Shown here: positions 1 through 9,756 of the stretch, piece after piece
Position numbering within the stretch: the first letter of the stretch is position 1
Layout: each line of letters begins with the position of its first letter
Virus record (IMG/VR): IMGVR_UViG_3300041411_000178
Coordinates: 1 to 64,000 of that record
Reading direction: 5' to 3' (one strand)
Length of the DNA stretch: 64,000 nucleotides
The notes under the pieces: generated by a model
The model's input: only the letters and a program-made list of their open reading frames with translations
The model's database searches: none
Told to the model about the DNA's origin: nothing
Position numbers and translations under genes: made by a program

Positions 1-47
1 CGAAACGACTTGGTGATAATGTCGCGGTCTCGAATTGTTACGGCCAT
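1..47 (-). CDS. 5' end of a gene running off the window (MAVTIRDRDIITKSF...), probably a virion structural protein
   Basis: CAT at 45-47, open frame to the window edge, AGGT SD-like sequence upstream on the minus strand; lies downstream of the tail lysin. Confidence 0.55.
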   Translation of the reverse strand, partial: MAVTIRDRDIITKSF

Positions 48-68
48 TGATAAATACCTGGTTTGTGT

Positions 69-106
69 AAAGAAAAAAGCGGAAGTGGGTGTGACCCCAC
101 CTCCGT
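69..106 (-). terminator. Intrinsic terminator after the tail lysin gene
   Basis: Imperfect GC stem GCGGAAGTGGG/CCCACCTCCGT, followed on the minus strand by a U-rich tract. Confidence 0.65.
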
Positions 107-110
107 ACAA

Positions 111-3100
111 TCAGATGGTGACAGCAGGCGAAGCAGGCTTCGAGTTGCTTTCCATCGATTTCAACAGTCCAGCAATTTGTTGCAACAGCTGGTTGGTCGT
201 ATCCTGCTTACCAGTACCCTCACCAACAACAGTAGTGAGTTTCTCCATCAAGCCACCTGGATCAGCCGGAGCAGGCTGCTGAGCCGTAGCTTGTTGTTTA
301 GGCACAGGTTTGCCGTACCCTTCTGGCAGTGGCTGCTTACTACCTTGAGGAGTAGACCCAGGAGCAGCAACAGGACCATTAGGGTTCTCGGTAGAACCAC
401 CCTGACCTGGCAATGGCAGCGAGGTGTACGGACCAGGGATCGCTCCCCCACCTGCTCCAGGAGCAACTTGATTACCCCCAGGTGCAGGAGCGTTGCTTTT
501 CATTGCTGGCGTTGGAACGGTCGTTGTATCTGGCGGAGTGGAAGGCATCTGACCCGGATCATACGCTTGATCTTTCGCAGTAACAGTCCCACCCGCTGTT
601 GTGTCTTGACCGGCTGGTTGTGCAGCACCAGCAGCTTGCGCAAACTTGTCAGCCGCTTCCTTCGACTTAAAGCCTACGTGAACATGACCACCCGTAGCAC
701 CGGCCGAAGCCTTAGCGTACTCGTTAAGCAGCAGGAAGTCATTTGGACCCATGTTAGCAGTCCGCAGGATGCCCGCTACAATGCTCATGGCCTGACCTGC
801 ACCAGTTGCACCGTTGGTCAAGGTGAAGTCCAACGCCAAGCCGAGAGCATGCTTAGAGTTAGGCTTCTTGTTCTTGTGGAACGCATCGTTCAATGCAGAG
901 AAGTAGCGGAAGTTCGGTACCTGACTCTGGATCAGTTGGCACAGACGGATAATACCAGGGTGAGCGTCACCGCCCGCAATGGCCTCTCCTGACTTAAGAC
1001 GCAAGCCACTCGAGTTAATTCCCGTACCGCCACCGACCAGAGAGCCTGGTTCGCTAGGAGCGCCGTTACCATAGTTCCCGCTGTAATCTGCACCGCCACC
1101 GCCTGGAGCCATGAGGCTTGGAGGTGTGCTGTAAGCCCCTGCGTTGCGAGAGCCACCACCTGGAGCTGCACCGATCTGCGGCGTGTTGCCTGTACCGATC
1201 GTAGGTGCTGGGTTGCTTCCCCCACCCCCGTACATCGAACCCGCACCTTGAGAAGGCGCTTGGTTCGTACCTTGAGCAGCCGCGTCGTCAGCCTTAAGCT
1301 GTCCGCTTTGCAACTGTTGCAGATAAGAGGTGTAGAGTTGGAACCGCTTAGGCATGCCCGGAAGTTCGTTACCACCATTCAAGCCAGTGGCTGCACGACC
1401 GAAGTTACCGTCCTGGGTGATGCTTTGCAGAAGCTTACTGTTCTTGTAGAAGTTGACCGCGATAGCCGCCATGACGTTTGGATCGTTCGACGCCAGCTCT
1501 GGATTGTTAACCAGGTCAATACCCAGTTGTTGTCCAATGCGAGCGTACTGTGCCCGACCCGTCAGTTGTACCAAGCCACGACCACGATACTTCCACCCAT
1601 CTCCTGGTGCAATGTTACCCAGTGTCTGACCCTTACCGCCGCCGTAAACGGTGTTAGCGATAGCTACAGGACCCGCAGCAACAAGTGCACGCGCCTGCGC
1701 CAGACTGGTAACCTCGCGGAACGTCTTGAGGAGATTCTCAGGAGTGGTATACCGCATGTTTTCGACAGTACGACCAAAGCCCTCTGTTTCGTAGTTGGTG
1801 AGTGCCAACATCTCAGCAATAGCACGAGGGTCAGTGAAGCCTTGTTTCAACATCTCGCGAATGATGAGTTGCTCTGCCAACTGCTTAGGAACTTTAACAC
1901 CGTTATCCTGACCATCGGCCGCCTGTACACCGCTCAAGTCCAAGTGACTGGTATCGCTGTCACCGGTAAGCGGTTGGTAGCCGTAGGAATTACCCGGGGT
2001 CTGATAAGCGCCGCCCAGGTTGTAGGTGTTACCAGTGCCTGAACCGCGACTGGTGTTCGTACCGTACTGCCCACCCAAGCCAACGTCACGACTATTTCTA
2101 GCCTTGCTCACGTCATCGACGTTTGCGCGTTTCGTTGTAAAGTCACCGCCCGTCTTGTGAGGGGAGATAGCCTTAGCCCAGGACTGGGTGTTCGTTTTAC
2201 CGGCTTCCTTTTCCGGGTCTTTCAGTTTAGCCGTTGTACTGGCTTCACCAAGCACGTCCAACATCCTGTCAACACGGTCTGGTTTACCCGGCGATACTGC
2301 GTCTTTGAACGGTGCGGCCCTGACATTCCAGATCGGTACAATCAACCCAGCGCCTGGTTCCACCTTGGTCTCTACCAGCGCCTTGGCGATCTCATAACGC
2401 GCGGTTACCGACAGGGATCTCCACACCACACCCGGATTACCACGACGGTAGTTCTGGATAAGGTTGAAGTAGTTCAGCAACGTTGGCATAAAGCGGTCTT
2501 TAAACCACCGGCACCAGTTATCTGCGTCACCCTTGTCAAGACGGAAGGCCTCTTTGAAGATGCCGAACATGTCACCAACCTGACCTTTGAACTGAGCACC
2601 CCCATCTGCAATAACGATGAGAGACTCGCAGTAGCGTTCCAGTTTCAGAACGGCTTCCACACGCCAGGTCAAGTCTTGATCGTTACCGTAGCACGCCAGA
2701 CGGATACCCGTGAGCATGTCCACTGGACGATTGTCAGGCAGCAAGTCTTTGATGAACACTTCACCAACTACTTTGGAGACCTTGTAGCCACCATTCAACT
2801 GGGCCAGCTGAGTATCGATCTCGTTCAGGCGGTCCTGTGCTTTGATAACGGCTTGCAACTTATCGTTGCTATCAAAGAACCCGCGAGGCTGTGCCAACAC
2901 AGCTTGCAGAGCGGCCTGCTCCTTCTTCATCGCCTCAACACCTTGCGGTGTCTTGATCGCTTCAGCATCGGCAGACGTATCTGTTTTACGGTCGATGTAC
3001 TTCTTCAGCTCTTCCAGTAAGTTGTTGCAACGTACCACGGTGGTCTTTTCACCCAGCAACGGGGTATCCGGATCGATCTTAGCAACGATCGAGTAGGGAA

Positions 3101-6100
3101 ACGGCATCACCGAACCGAGGGTCTGGTGAACCTGTTTGGCGACCTTGTATACGTCTTGACTGACAGCATCGTCGTAGTCCTTTAACGACTTCAGCTTAAC
3201 CACATCCAGACAGGCCATGTAGGTCAGGTACACCGGTTTGAAACGACCGTTGAACCAACTGAAGATGCTGCCAAGTTGTTGCTTGTCTTTCGGGTCAGTG
3301 ATGAACGCTTGCAGGATCTCTTGTAGTGGAGCATCTTTGGAGAACGACGCACGACCGTTACCGATCACCACGTAGTTGGTAAGCTTCTCCTCGATCTGCA
3401 AGATCTTCTTGCCCAAGTCGCTGTCAGGATCCGATACACCGTACTGTGTCATCCGGAGGTCGAACTGTTTCCCCGAGCCTCGTTTGACATAACGGTAGAT
3501 CCCGTAACCAATTGCACCTACAGCAACAGCCGCCAGCACATACGGGTTAAGCAACAGCGGAGCCATTGTAGTCCAGGCACCTGCCAACAGCGGTGTAGCC
3601 GCAGTCGCCATGGCACCCAACCCAATGTCCACACCTGCTGCCGCAGCAACCCCAGTAGCCATTTGGTAACCACCAATTACAGTGGTGGCAGTGGTGGCAA
3701 TATCTCCGATCTGGTTCAGCGCGCCGCCTTCGTCAATGAAGCCTGTGTTAACCAGCGCATCAACGCCCAAGCCCACTGCCAGACCAGCACCCACCTTCAT
3801 GCCACCTTTTGCAACGCGCCCACGAGGAGCCTTGCGATCACGGAGCTGTTTTGCGCGCTCTGCTTTCGTACGCTTCTTCCCGCGCAGATGGTCAAAGGTA
3901 TCAACACCCGCACCCGTCAGACTGCCTGTGCTAACGAGGGTGTAGATACCCTTCGCAATTGCCGCAATCCCTGTGGCCATAAACGGAAGCACTTTAATAC
4001 CGATGTTGGCAAAGGTACCGAGTGTCTTGAAACTGTTCCACAGCGTGCCCGTGAAGAACTTAGTAAGACCGAAGATCCCACCAGCGATAGCACCCAGACC
4101 GTCTTTCAACAGACCGAAGATACCCTGGCTTTCTTTCTTCTCCTTCTTACCACCGCCACCAAAGAAGCCCATACCCTGAGACATCTTAATCAAGGCATCC
4201 TGAGCGTCTTCGGCTTTCTTCTCCTTAGCCTTTTCCAACTTGTCGGCACGGGAGTTAAGACGGTTGTTCTCTTCGGGCTGCTCACCCAATTGCTTACGGA
4301 TACGTGCTTTGATTTGCTCGGCAACATTCCCGAAGCTGGCGTCCTTAGGCTTGGCATCTTCCGCCTCCCGGCGTTCCAATTCTTCAGGCGATACTTGAGC
4401 CTGTTGAGCACCCTTTGGAATCTCCAGCTTTTCCTGAGGTGCCGATGGTGCAGAGGCTGTGGTTTTCAACTTAACTTTCAGCTTAGGAGGTTTAACGCTC
4501 GTTACCGGAACGTTGACGTTCTCATCCCCCACCGGTGTATCCACTGTCGCGCCTGGCATCTCCAGTGCGTAACCCCAGTGCTTCAGCAGCAAGTGGTAGA
4601 TACGGTCGACCGAGTTAACGATCGGGCTGTAGTCAGCCTTGAAGGCCTTTACAGTGGCATCCTTGGCCTTACCGAATGCAGGACCCGCTTTCTCCCGGGC
4701 TTTGTTGAACAGGTCGAGACCCCATTCTCCCAGTTTCTTGCTAGCAGCACCCAGCTTGTTAACGCTCACACCCATCGAGGTACGCAGACCACGATCGTAC
4801 TCTTCCTGGGTAATGATTATGTCACCGTTCTTGTCGTAGACCGGTCCGTCGATCTCATGCCAGCCTGTCAGCTGAACCGCCTCACCACCCTCACCACGTT
4901 TCCAATACTCACCGGCAGCAAAACGCTTACCTACGAGCACAGGTGATTTCTCACCCTCCTTGTAAACGTCCATCTGGTGGAAGCGATTAACGATACGGTC
5001 TTTCAGGGCCACAGCACGACCGAATGGATCAACCCACTTGAACGCCCGCATAGCAAAGTCACGGATCTTGCTCAAACCGCTGAGCAATACTTCCTTGTTC
5101 TCCTTGGTAAACAGTTTACCGGCCAGACGACGTGCACCAATAATGGTGTCGTTGGTCTTGTCCTTAACGCTACCAGTGATCTGCTTCCACGACGTAATGA
5201 GGAATCCTTTCGTTGCGTCGTAGTAGTTACGGTTGGCCAGTTTGTTCGCTTCCAGGATCGGGGTATCAGAACCCTCCTCATAAAGGTCTTCACTGTCCAG
5301 AGCAGCACGGGTTTTCGACATGCTGTGAATCTTGCCGTAAGCCAAGGCTACCGCAGCACCACCACCCAGCAATGCAGCCGCTTTAGGGTCGTGGATTGCA
5401 TACGCTGCCAAACCACCCAACAGACCACCCAATACCAAAGGCTGAGCATCCAGGAGTTTATCAACCCCTTTGTTGAACATGTCCTTCAGGTTGGTTGCTT
5501 TCAGACGTTCAATGATCGAACGCTTACCGGCACTGATGTCGTGCTTGTCTTCGGAGGTAGGTGGTTTACCACTACCCGGTTGGTTGTGAAGGATACGAGT
5601 CAGGAGGTCATTACGCTCCACACCCATTTCCACCAGACGCTTCACCTGTTCATTTAGGCTGGTCATGCCAGCGTTCAACGGATCGAGGTTCAACATCTGA
5701 GCCAGCGGGTTGCCTGGACCTCCCATGTTGTTAATGGCTGTCTTCAAATCGCCCATGCTTGCCAGGGATTCAGTCAGCTTGTCCATTCCTTGAACCTTAA
5801 CACCCTCTGGAGACTCCTCTCCGGGGATTACAGGCGTTCTGTTACCGAAGGTCGGCACAGTGTAAGGGAAGCCACCAAAGCTCCCTGGACGAGTCGGTAG
5901 GGGGGTACGATCCGGGATCTTCGTATTACGGCGATTGGGGTCGGCAATGTACGAAGCGATAGCATCCTTGATCATGTCCATGTTGATGTCATCACGGTTA
6001 TACTCATCCGTGACAATCAACCCCGATTCTTTCAAGGCATCGTAACTACCGGTGCCCTTATGAATGTCCAACTGTGCAGCAATGTCAGGAACCAGGTTAC

Positions 6101-8108
6101 CCAGGCTCTTAACGGCATCGGCCACACCCACAACGTTCTTACGGGCCTTTTCAGTTGGCAGGTAGCCCGCCATCTTGATGCGGTTGGCATCAGAACCCGT
6201 TTCGAAGTCAGCGATGTGTTTGTCGGTAATGTCGAACGCAGCTTTCATGGCACGACGGATTTCAGCAGCAACCTTCGGACTAACGCCCGCATGCTCATCC
6301 AGCTTCAAGAAGTTCCAAGGCGTGAACGCCTCTTCCTTGTCGCTACCCATGATCAGTTCCATCGACAGCGCTTTCTTGGCCTCAGGGCTGAGTGCACCTA
6401 ACCCCAGTTGGTCAATCGTGTCTGTGATGTTGTTGGAGGACTGAGCCACCGAACTGAAGCTGTTGCGGTCGAGAACCTTGTTAACAACGTTGTTAACCTT
6501 TTGGTCGTGAGTAATGAAGCGGGCCTTTACGTAGTCATACGACATCGGCTTGAGCTTGTCTTCACCCGTCCGGATCTTCTCCAGCGACAGGTGGATCTGG
6601 CTCATCCACTGTGGAATGATTTCGTTCAGCGTACGGTCACTGCGACGGCTCCAGTGAGTTTGTTCGTAGCTGTCAGCCAAAGTACGATTGGTCAGCGAGT
6701 AACGACTACCACTGTTAGACCACGAGTTCTCGTACAACGACCCCAGACCCTTGTTAGCAGTCTTCTTCAGGGTGTTGAGAACTTCCCACTCCAACTTCGG
6801 CGTAGGCTTAGCACCCGGTGGCAACGAAGCCAGGTACTCGTCGTAGTCTTCATGACCGTTAACGTCCATACCACCGACGTAGTGACGCTGCATGGCGTTA
6901 ACCAGCCCAGCTGCGTTACCCGTGGTGTAGGTTGCGACGTTACCCAGATCCTCCATTCGCTTATAGGCGTCTTCTGCCCACTTCGCTTGTTTCGGATAGT
7001 TCTTCTTGAACTTGGCGAGGTACTCACGTGCTCTGCCCGACTTCATAATGCGTGGCAGTTGGCTAATAAACAAACCAGCCGCAGCATTACCTGCGATGTC
7101 ACCGAGGTTAAGGGTCATGCCCTCAGTCATCTCAGTGGCCATGCGCAGAGAGCCTACAACGTCGCCTACAGCCCCGATCGTGTCACTCCGTGCATCCTTA
7201 CCGAACTTGTCGTTAATGAACTCAGAGATGCCACCGAACTTGCTCTTGACGCTGCTGAAGAACTGCGAACGGATTTCCTTACGGATAGCCTGGCTGTGAG
7301 AGGTCTTCTCATAGTCCGACATCTTCGAGAACTCACGAATACTCTTCAGTTCACTGATGACGCGGTGTTGAGCCGCTTCCTGGAACTTGTAGTACTTCGC
7401 GTTCGTCAGGTACATCCGTGTCATGACGTTCAGCTGCATGGCATCGCTACGGGCTTGTACCCGACGCTGATGATCCAACAGCTGTTCCATGAGTTGGTTG
7501 TTGCGTACCAGGGAACGGTTCAGCGTGTTCATGCTGCCGATGGTACGACCACCCACCTCGGCCATCATGTCCATGGTGCGGTCGGCGATGGTCTCCATGG
7601 TGTTGCGTTCTAGGAGGGAGTTAGCCTCGCTAGCTTCCATGGCCATCTTGACCTGATCTTCGCTGACGTCTTCCATTCGAGGGGTGCTATCACCCTCAGA
7701 AAAGTCGGTCTTTTCCCAGTCAGAAAAATCGTGGGAACTGAACTTCATCAGCTGATCGGAGATTTTATTAGGACCCCCTTTACCGAGTTTGGTTCCGGCC
7801 CTTTTTGCGAGGTACTGGAGGTCTTGTACCGTCTGGTAACTATCTCCCTTAATTTCCTCCATTACTTCGCGACGACGCTGGTTTAACTGAGCGACGTTAC
7901 TGAATGCGCCAAGCCAAGTATTGGGCAAAACCATTTTGAGGGTGTTAACCCTGGCATCGGTGTCACCTACGGTCTTGCCGACGACACCCGAAAGGAAGCC
8001 GGTAGCAAAGCTTCTGATAAAGCCCGCTTTGGGTTTATCAAAATCGTCGTCAAAGTCTAGATCGCCACCAAAGGGATCGTCGTCCCATGAATCGAAATCA
8101 TCGGCCAT
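111..8108 (-). CDS. Giant tail-associated peptidoglycan hydrolase / tape-measure-like protein (phiKZ gp181-like) with GH19 and peptidase M15-like domains
   Basis: 2665 aa; Gly/Ala hydrophobic segments; GH19 motif GDGWKYRGRGLVQLTGR; SKHALGLALDF...HVH zinc motif; divergent from vRNAP beta' as in phiKZ-like phages. Confidence 0.85.
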   Translation of the reverse strand: MADDFDSWDDDPFGGDLDFDDDFDKPKAGFIRSFATGFLSGVVGKTVGDTDARVNTLKMVLPNTWLGAFSNVAQLNQRRREVMEEIKGDSYQTVQDLQYLAKRAGTKLGKGGPNKISDQLMKFSSHDFSDWEKTDFSEGDSTPRMEDVSEDQVKMAMEASEANSLLERNTMETIADRTMDMMAEVGGRTIGSMNTLNRSLVRNNQLMEQLLDHQRRVQARSDAMQLNVMTRMYLTNAKYYKFQEAAQHRVISELKSIREFSKMSDYEKTSHSQAIRKEIRSQFFSSVKSKFGGISEFINDKFGKDARSDTIGAVGDVVGSLRMATEMTEGMTLNLGDIAGNAAAGLFISQLPRIMKSGRAREYLAKFKKNYPKQAKWAEDAYKRMEDLGNVATYTTGNAAGLVNAMQRHYVGGMDVNGHEDYDEYLASLPPGAKPTPKLEWEVLNTLKKTANKGLGSLYENSWSNSGSRYSLTNRTLADSYEQTHWSRRSDRTLNEIIPQWMSQIHLSLEKIRTGEDKLKPMSYDYVKARFITHDQKVNNVVNKVLDRNSFSSVAQSSNNITDTIDQLGLGALSPEAKKALSMELIMGSDKEEAFTPWNFLKLDEHAGVSPKVAAEIRRAMKAAFDITDKHIADFETGSDANRIKMAGYLPTEKARKNVVGVADAVKSLGNLVPDIAAQLDIHKGTGSYDALKESGLIVTDEYNRDDINMDMIKDAIASYIADPNRRNTKIPDRTPLPTRPGSFGGFPYTVPTFGNRTPVIPGEESPEGVKVQGMDKLTESLASMGDLKTAINNMGGPGNPLAQMLNLDPLNAGMTSLNEQVKRLVEMGVERNDLLTRILHNQPGSGKPPTSEDKHDISAGKRSIIERLKATNLKDMFNKGVDKLLDAQPLVLGGLLGGLAAYAIHDPKAAALLGGGAAVALAYGKIHSMSKTRAALDSEDLYEEGSDTPILEANKLANRNYYDATKGFLITSWKQITGSVKDKTNDTIIGARRLAGKLFTKENKEVLLSGLSKIRDFAMRAFKWVDPFGRAVALKDRIVNRFHQMDVYKEGEKSPVLVGKRFAAGEYWKRGEGGEAVQLTGWHEIDGPVYDKNGDIIITQEEYDRGLRTSMGVSVNKLGAASKKLGEWGLDLFNKAREKAGPAFGKAKDATVKAFKADYSPIVNSVDRIYHLLLKHWGYALEMPGATVDTPVGDENVNVPVTSVKPPKLKVKLKTTASAPSAPQEKLEIPKGAQQAQVSPEELERREAEDAKPKDASFGNVAEQIKARIRKQLGEQPEENNRLNSRADKLEKAKEKKAEDAQDALIKMSQGMGFFGGGGKKEKKESQGIFGLLKDGLGAIAGGIFGLTKFFTGTLWNSFKTLGTFANIGIKVLPFMATGIAAIAKGIYTLVSTGSLTGAGVDTFDHLRGKKRTKAERAKQLRDRKAPRGRVAKGGMKVGAGLAVGLGVDALVNTGFIDEGGALNQIGDIATTATTVIGGYQMATGVAAAAGVDIGLGAMATAATPLLAGAWTTMAPLLLNPYVLAAVAVGAIGYGIYRYVKRGSGKQFDLRMTQYGVSDPDSDLGKKILQIEEKLTNYVVIGNGRASFSKDAPLQEILQAFITDPKDKQQLGSIFSWFNGRFKPVYLTYMACLDVVKLKSLKDYDDAVSQDVYKVAKQVHQTLGSVMPFPYSIVAKIDPDTPLLGEKTTVVRCNNLLEELKKYIDRKTDTSADAEAIKTPQGVEAMKKEQAALQAVLAQPRGFFDSNDKLQAVIKAQDRLNEIDTQLAQLNGGYKVSKVVGEVFIKDLLPDNRPVDMLTGIRLACYGNDQDLTWRVEAVLKLERYCESLIVIADGGAQFKGQVGDMFGIFKEAFRLDKGDADNWCRWFKDRFMPTLLNYFNLIQNYRRGNPGVVWRSLSVTARYEIAKALVETKVEPGAGLIVPIWNVRAAPFKDAVSPGKPDRVDRMLDVLGEASTTAKLKDPEKEAGKTNTQSWAKAISPHKTGGDFTTKRANVDDVSKARNSRDVGLGGQYGTNTSRGSGTGNTYNLGGAYQTPGNSYGYQPLTGDSDTSHLDLSGVQAADGQDNGVKVPKQLAEQLIIREMLKQGFTDPRAIAEMLALTNYETEGFGRTVENMRYTTPENLLKTFREVTSLAQARALVAAGPVAIANTVYGGGKGQTLGNIAPGDGWKYRGRGLVQLTGRAQYARIGQQLGIDLVNNPELASNDPNVMAAIAVNFYKNSKLLQSITQDGNFGRAATGLNGGNELPGMPKRFQLYTSYLQQLQSGQLKADDAAAQGTNQAPSQGAGSMYGGGGSNPAPTIGTGNTPQIGAAPGGGSRNAGAYSTPPSLMAPGGGGADYSGNYGNGAPSEPGSLVGGGTGINSSGLRLKSGEAIAGGDAHPGIIRLCQLIQSQVPNFRYFSALNDAFHKNKKPNSKHALGLALDFTLTNGATGAGQAMSIVAGILRTANMGPNDFLLLNEYAKASAGATGGHVHVGFKSKEAADKFAQAAGAAQPAGQDTTAGGTVTAKDQAYDPGQMPSTPPDTTTVPTPAMKSNAPAPGGNQVAPGAGGGAIPGPYTSLPLPGQGGSTENPNGPVAAPGSTPQGSKQPLPEGYGKPVPKQQATAQQPAPADPGGLMEKLTTVVGEGTGKQDTTNQLLQQIAGLLKSMESNSKPASPAVTI

Positions 8109-8135
8109 CTTTAACTCCCAAGGGATAATTTTTAA

Positions 8136-9752
8136 ATGAAACCCACAAACCTTACGTTACTGGACTTTAACAAAATCGGTCCACCTGTGTTTCAACCGGT
8201 GACGTCCACTGACGCGTTTGAAGGCATGACCCAAAACCTCAACGAGGAAGGTCTTTATTCTCCTGAAATCTTCGGCAAGTTGGGTAGCAAAGAGCGCGAC
8301 GAGACCGAAGCGTTTATCGATACCAAATTAGAAATATTCAACCCAACGTACTTTAAAGCGATGATTCAAACAAAGTCGCTTTACCTCGGAATTATCAAAG
8401 GCACGGAATACGCCGTCTGGGACCCGCAGGCCAAAGATTTCATAAAATCCAACCTCCTCGACGGGGAGACTGGTTTCAGTTTCTTTGTGAGTCACTTCAA
8501 AGAATTGCAACCCACCCTGTCCGAGAGTTACAAGCGTAAACAAAAGGTTGAACTGGTTCAGCGCTTCAAGCCGATTGCATTGGCGAATAAGGTTCTGGTT
8601 CCGCCCGCCGGTCTTCGGGACATTGAGTTCCAACCGGATGGTTCTTCAGTAGAACCTGAGATCACCGACCTATACCGCAAGCTGTTGTTCCGCACGCGGG
8701 TAGTGTCACTGGGTAGCAAGGAAGATGGTGACAACCCACTGTATGATACGGTGCGTTGGGGACTTCAGAGTTCCTACAACGATATCGATCAGTACATCTT
8801 CGATCTGATGGACGGGAAGTCGGGTCTGTTCCAACGTCGGGTTTCGACTCGGGGTGTGGTGTCGGGTACTCGTAACGTTATTACCGCCCGTAAGGTCTCC
8901 AGAGAACACTTGCACAAAGGGAACGGGGTTAACCCGAACTCGGTGGACATGGGTCTCTATCAAGCGTTGCTGAACTTTCAGTACGTTTGTATTCACGCAT
9001 TGCTCACTAAGTACCTGGGGGATATTTTCCAGCCAGGCTCCCAAAACGTCAAGTTGGTTAACACCAAGACTCTGGAGTACGAATATGTCGAGGTCGCAGC
9101 AGCTGTTGTCGAAAAGTGGTCAACGGCCACAGGCATCTCCAAACTCTTCAACGGTTTCGGAAACGCTCGACTCCGCTCCAAACCCATCATCCTTTCTGGG
9201 CACTATCTGGCGCTGGTGTACGACGACGGTCATGATGTTTGTGTCCTGAGTGACATCAACGATCTGCCTGCCGGGAAAGATCGTAAACTGGTGACACCTA
9301 TCACCTACATGCAGCTCTATTACCTGTCCTGCCACAAAGTCATTGGCGAACAGGTTTCCCAGCAGACGCGTTACCCGGTAATCGGTATCGGTTCCATCTT
9401 CCCTGCCAAAGTTAACCTCTTGAGCATTGAAGGGGCCAAGCCGCGAACCATCCGTAACTCCGAGTGGGATGTGATCGAAGAGTGCATGCGCTATCCGCAC
9501 AACCTTGAAAAGCCTGATTACTTTGACGCCATGTCGGTAGACCCAAGTCGTGAAGCCGGTCTCGATTCCGACCACGACGGTGACATGCTCAACAGTAACA
9601 GTGTCTGTGCCGAAGACAGTAAGGCTCAGGTTAACGATCTATTCGGTAAACGTGAGTACTACATCAGCGGCAGCAATCGGTTCCTTTATGACCCTGTGAA
9701 CGAACCTATCTTGTTTATGCTCAAAGCCGCCACCAGCGGTATGGAGAAATAA
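8136..9752 (+). CDS. Virion RNA polymerase beta' subunit, N-terminal/catalytic part (phiKZ gp180-like)
   Basis: EGLYSPEIFG motif, GTRNVIT, catalytic DxDGD (DSDHDGD). Confidence 0.9.
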   Translation: MKPTNLTLLDFNKIGPPVFQPVTSTDAFEGMTQNLNEEGLYSPEIFGKLGSKERDETEAFIDTKLEIFNPTYFKAMIQTKSLYLGIIKGTEYAVWDPQAKDFIKSNLLDGETGFSFFVSHFKELQPTLSESYKRKQKVELVQRFKPIALANKVLVPPAGLRDIEFQPDGSSVEPEITDLYRKLLFRTRVVSLGSKEDGDNPLYDTVRWGLQSSYNDIDQYIFDLMDGKSGLFQRRVSTRGVVSGTRNVITARKVSREHLHKGNGVNPNSVDMGLYQALLNFQYVCIHALLTKYLGDIFQPGSQNVKLVNTKTLEYEYVEVAAAVVEKWSTATGISKLFNGFGNARLRSKPIILSGHYLALVYDDGHDVCVLSDINDLPAGKDRKLVTPITYMQLYYLSCHKVIGEQVSQQTRYPVIGIGSIFPAKVNLLSIEGAKPRTIRNSEWDVIEECMRYPHNLEKPDYFDAMSVDPSREAGLDSDHDGDMLNSNSVCAEDSKAQVNDLFGKREYYISGSNRFLYDPVNEPILFMLKAATSGMEK

Positions 9753-9756
9753 AGGT

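Noticed and set aside
63-7613. Plus-strand ORFs overlapping the tail lysin (63-992, 3663-4946, 6408-7613 and others)
   Set aside because: Antisense shadows of the 2665-aa gene with no independent coding signals
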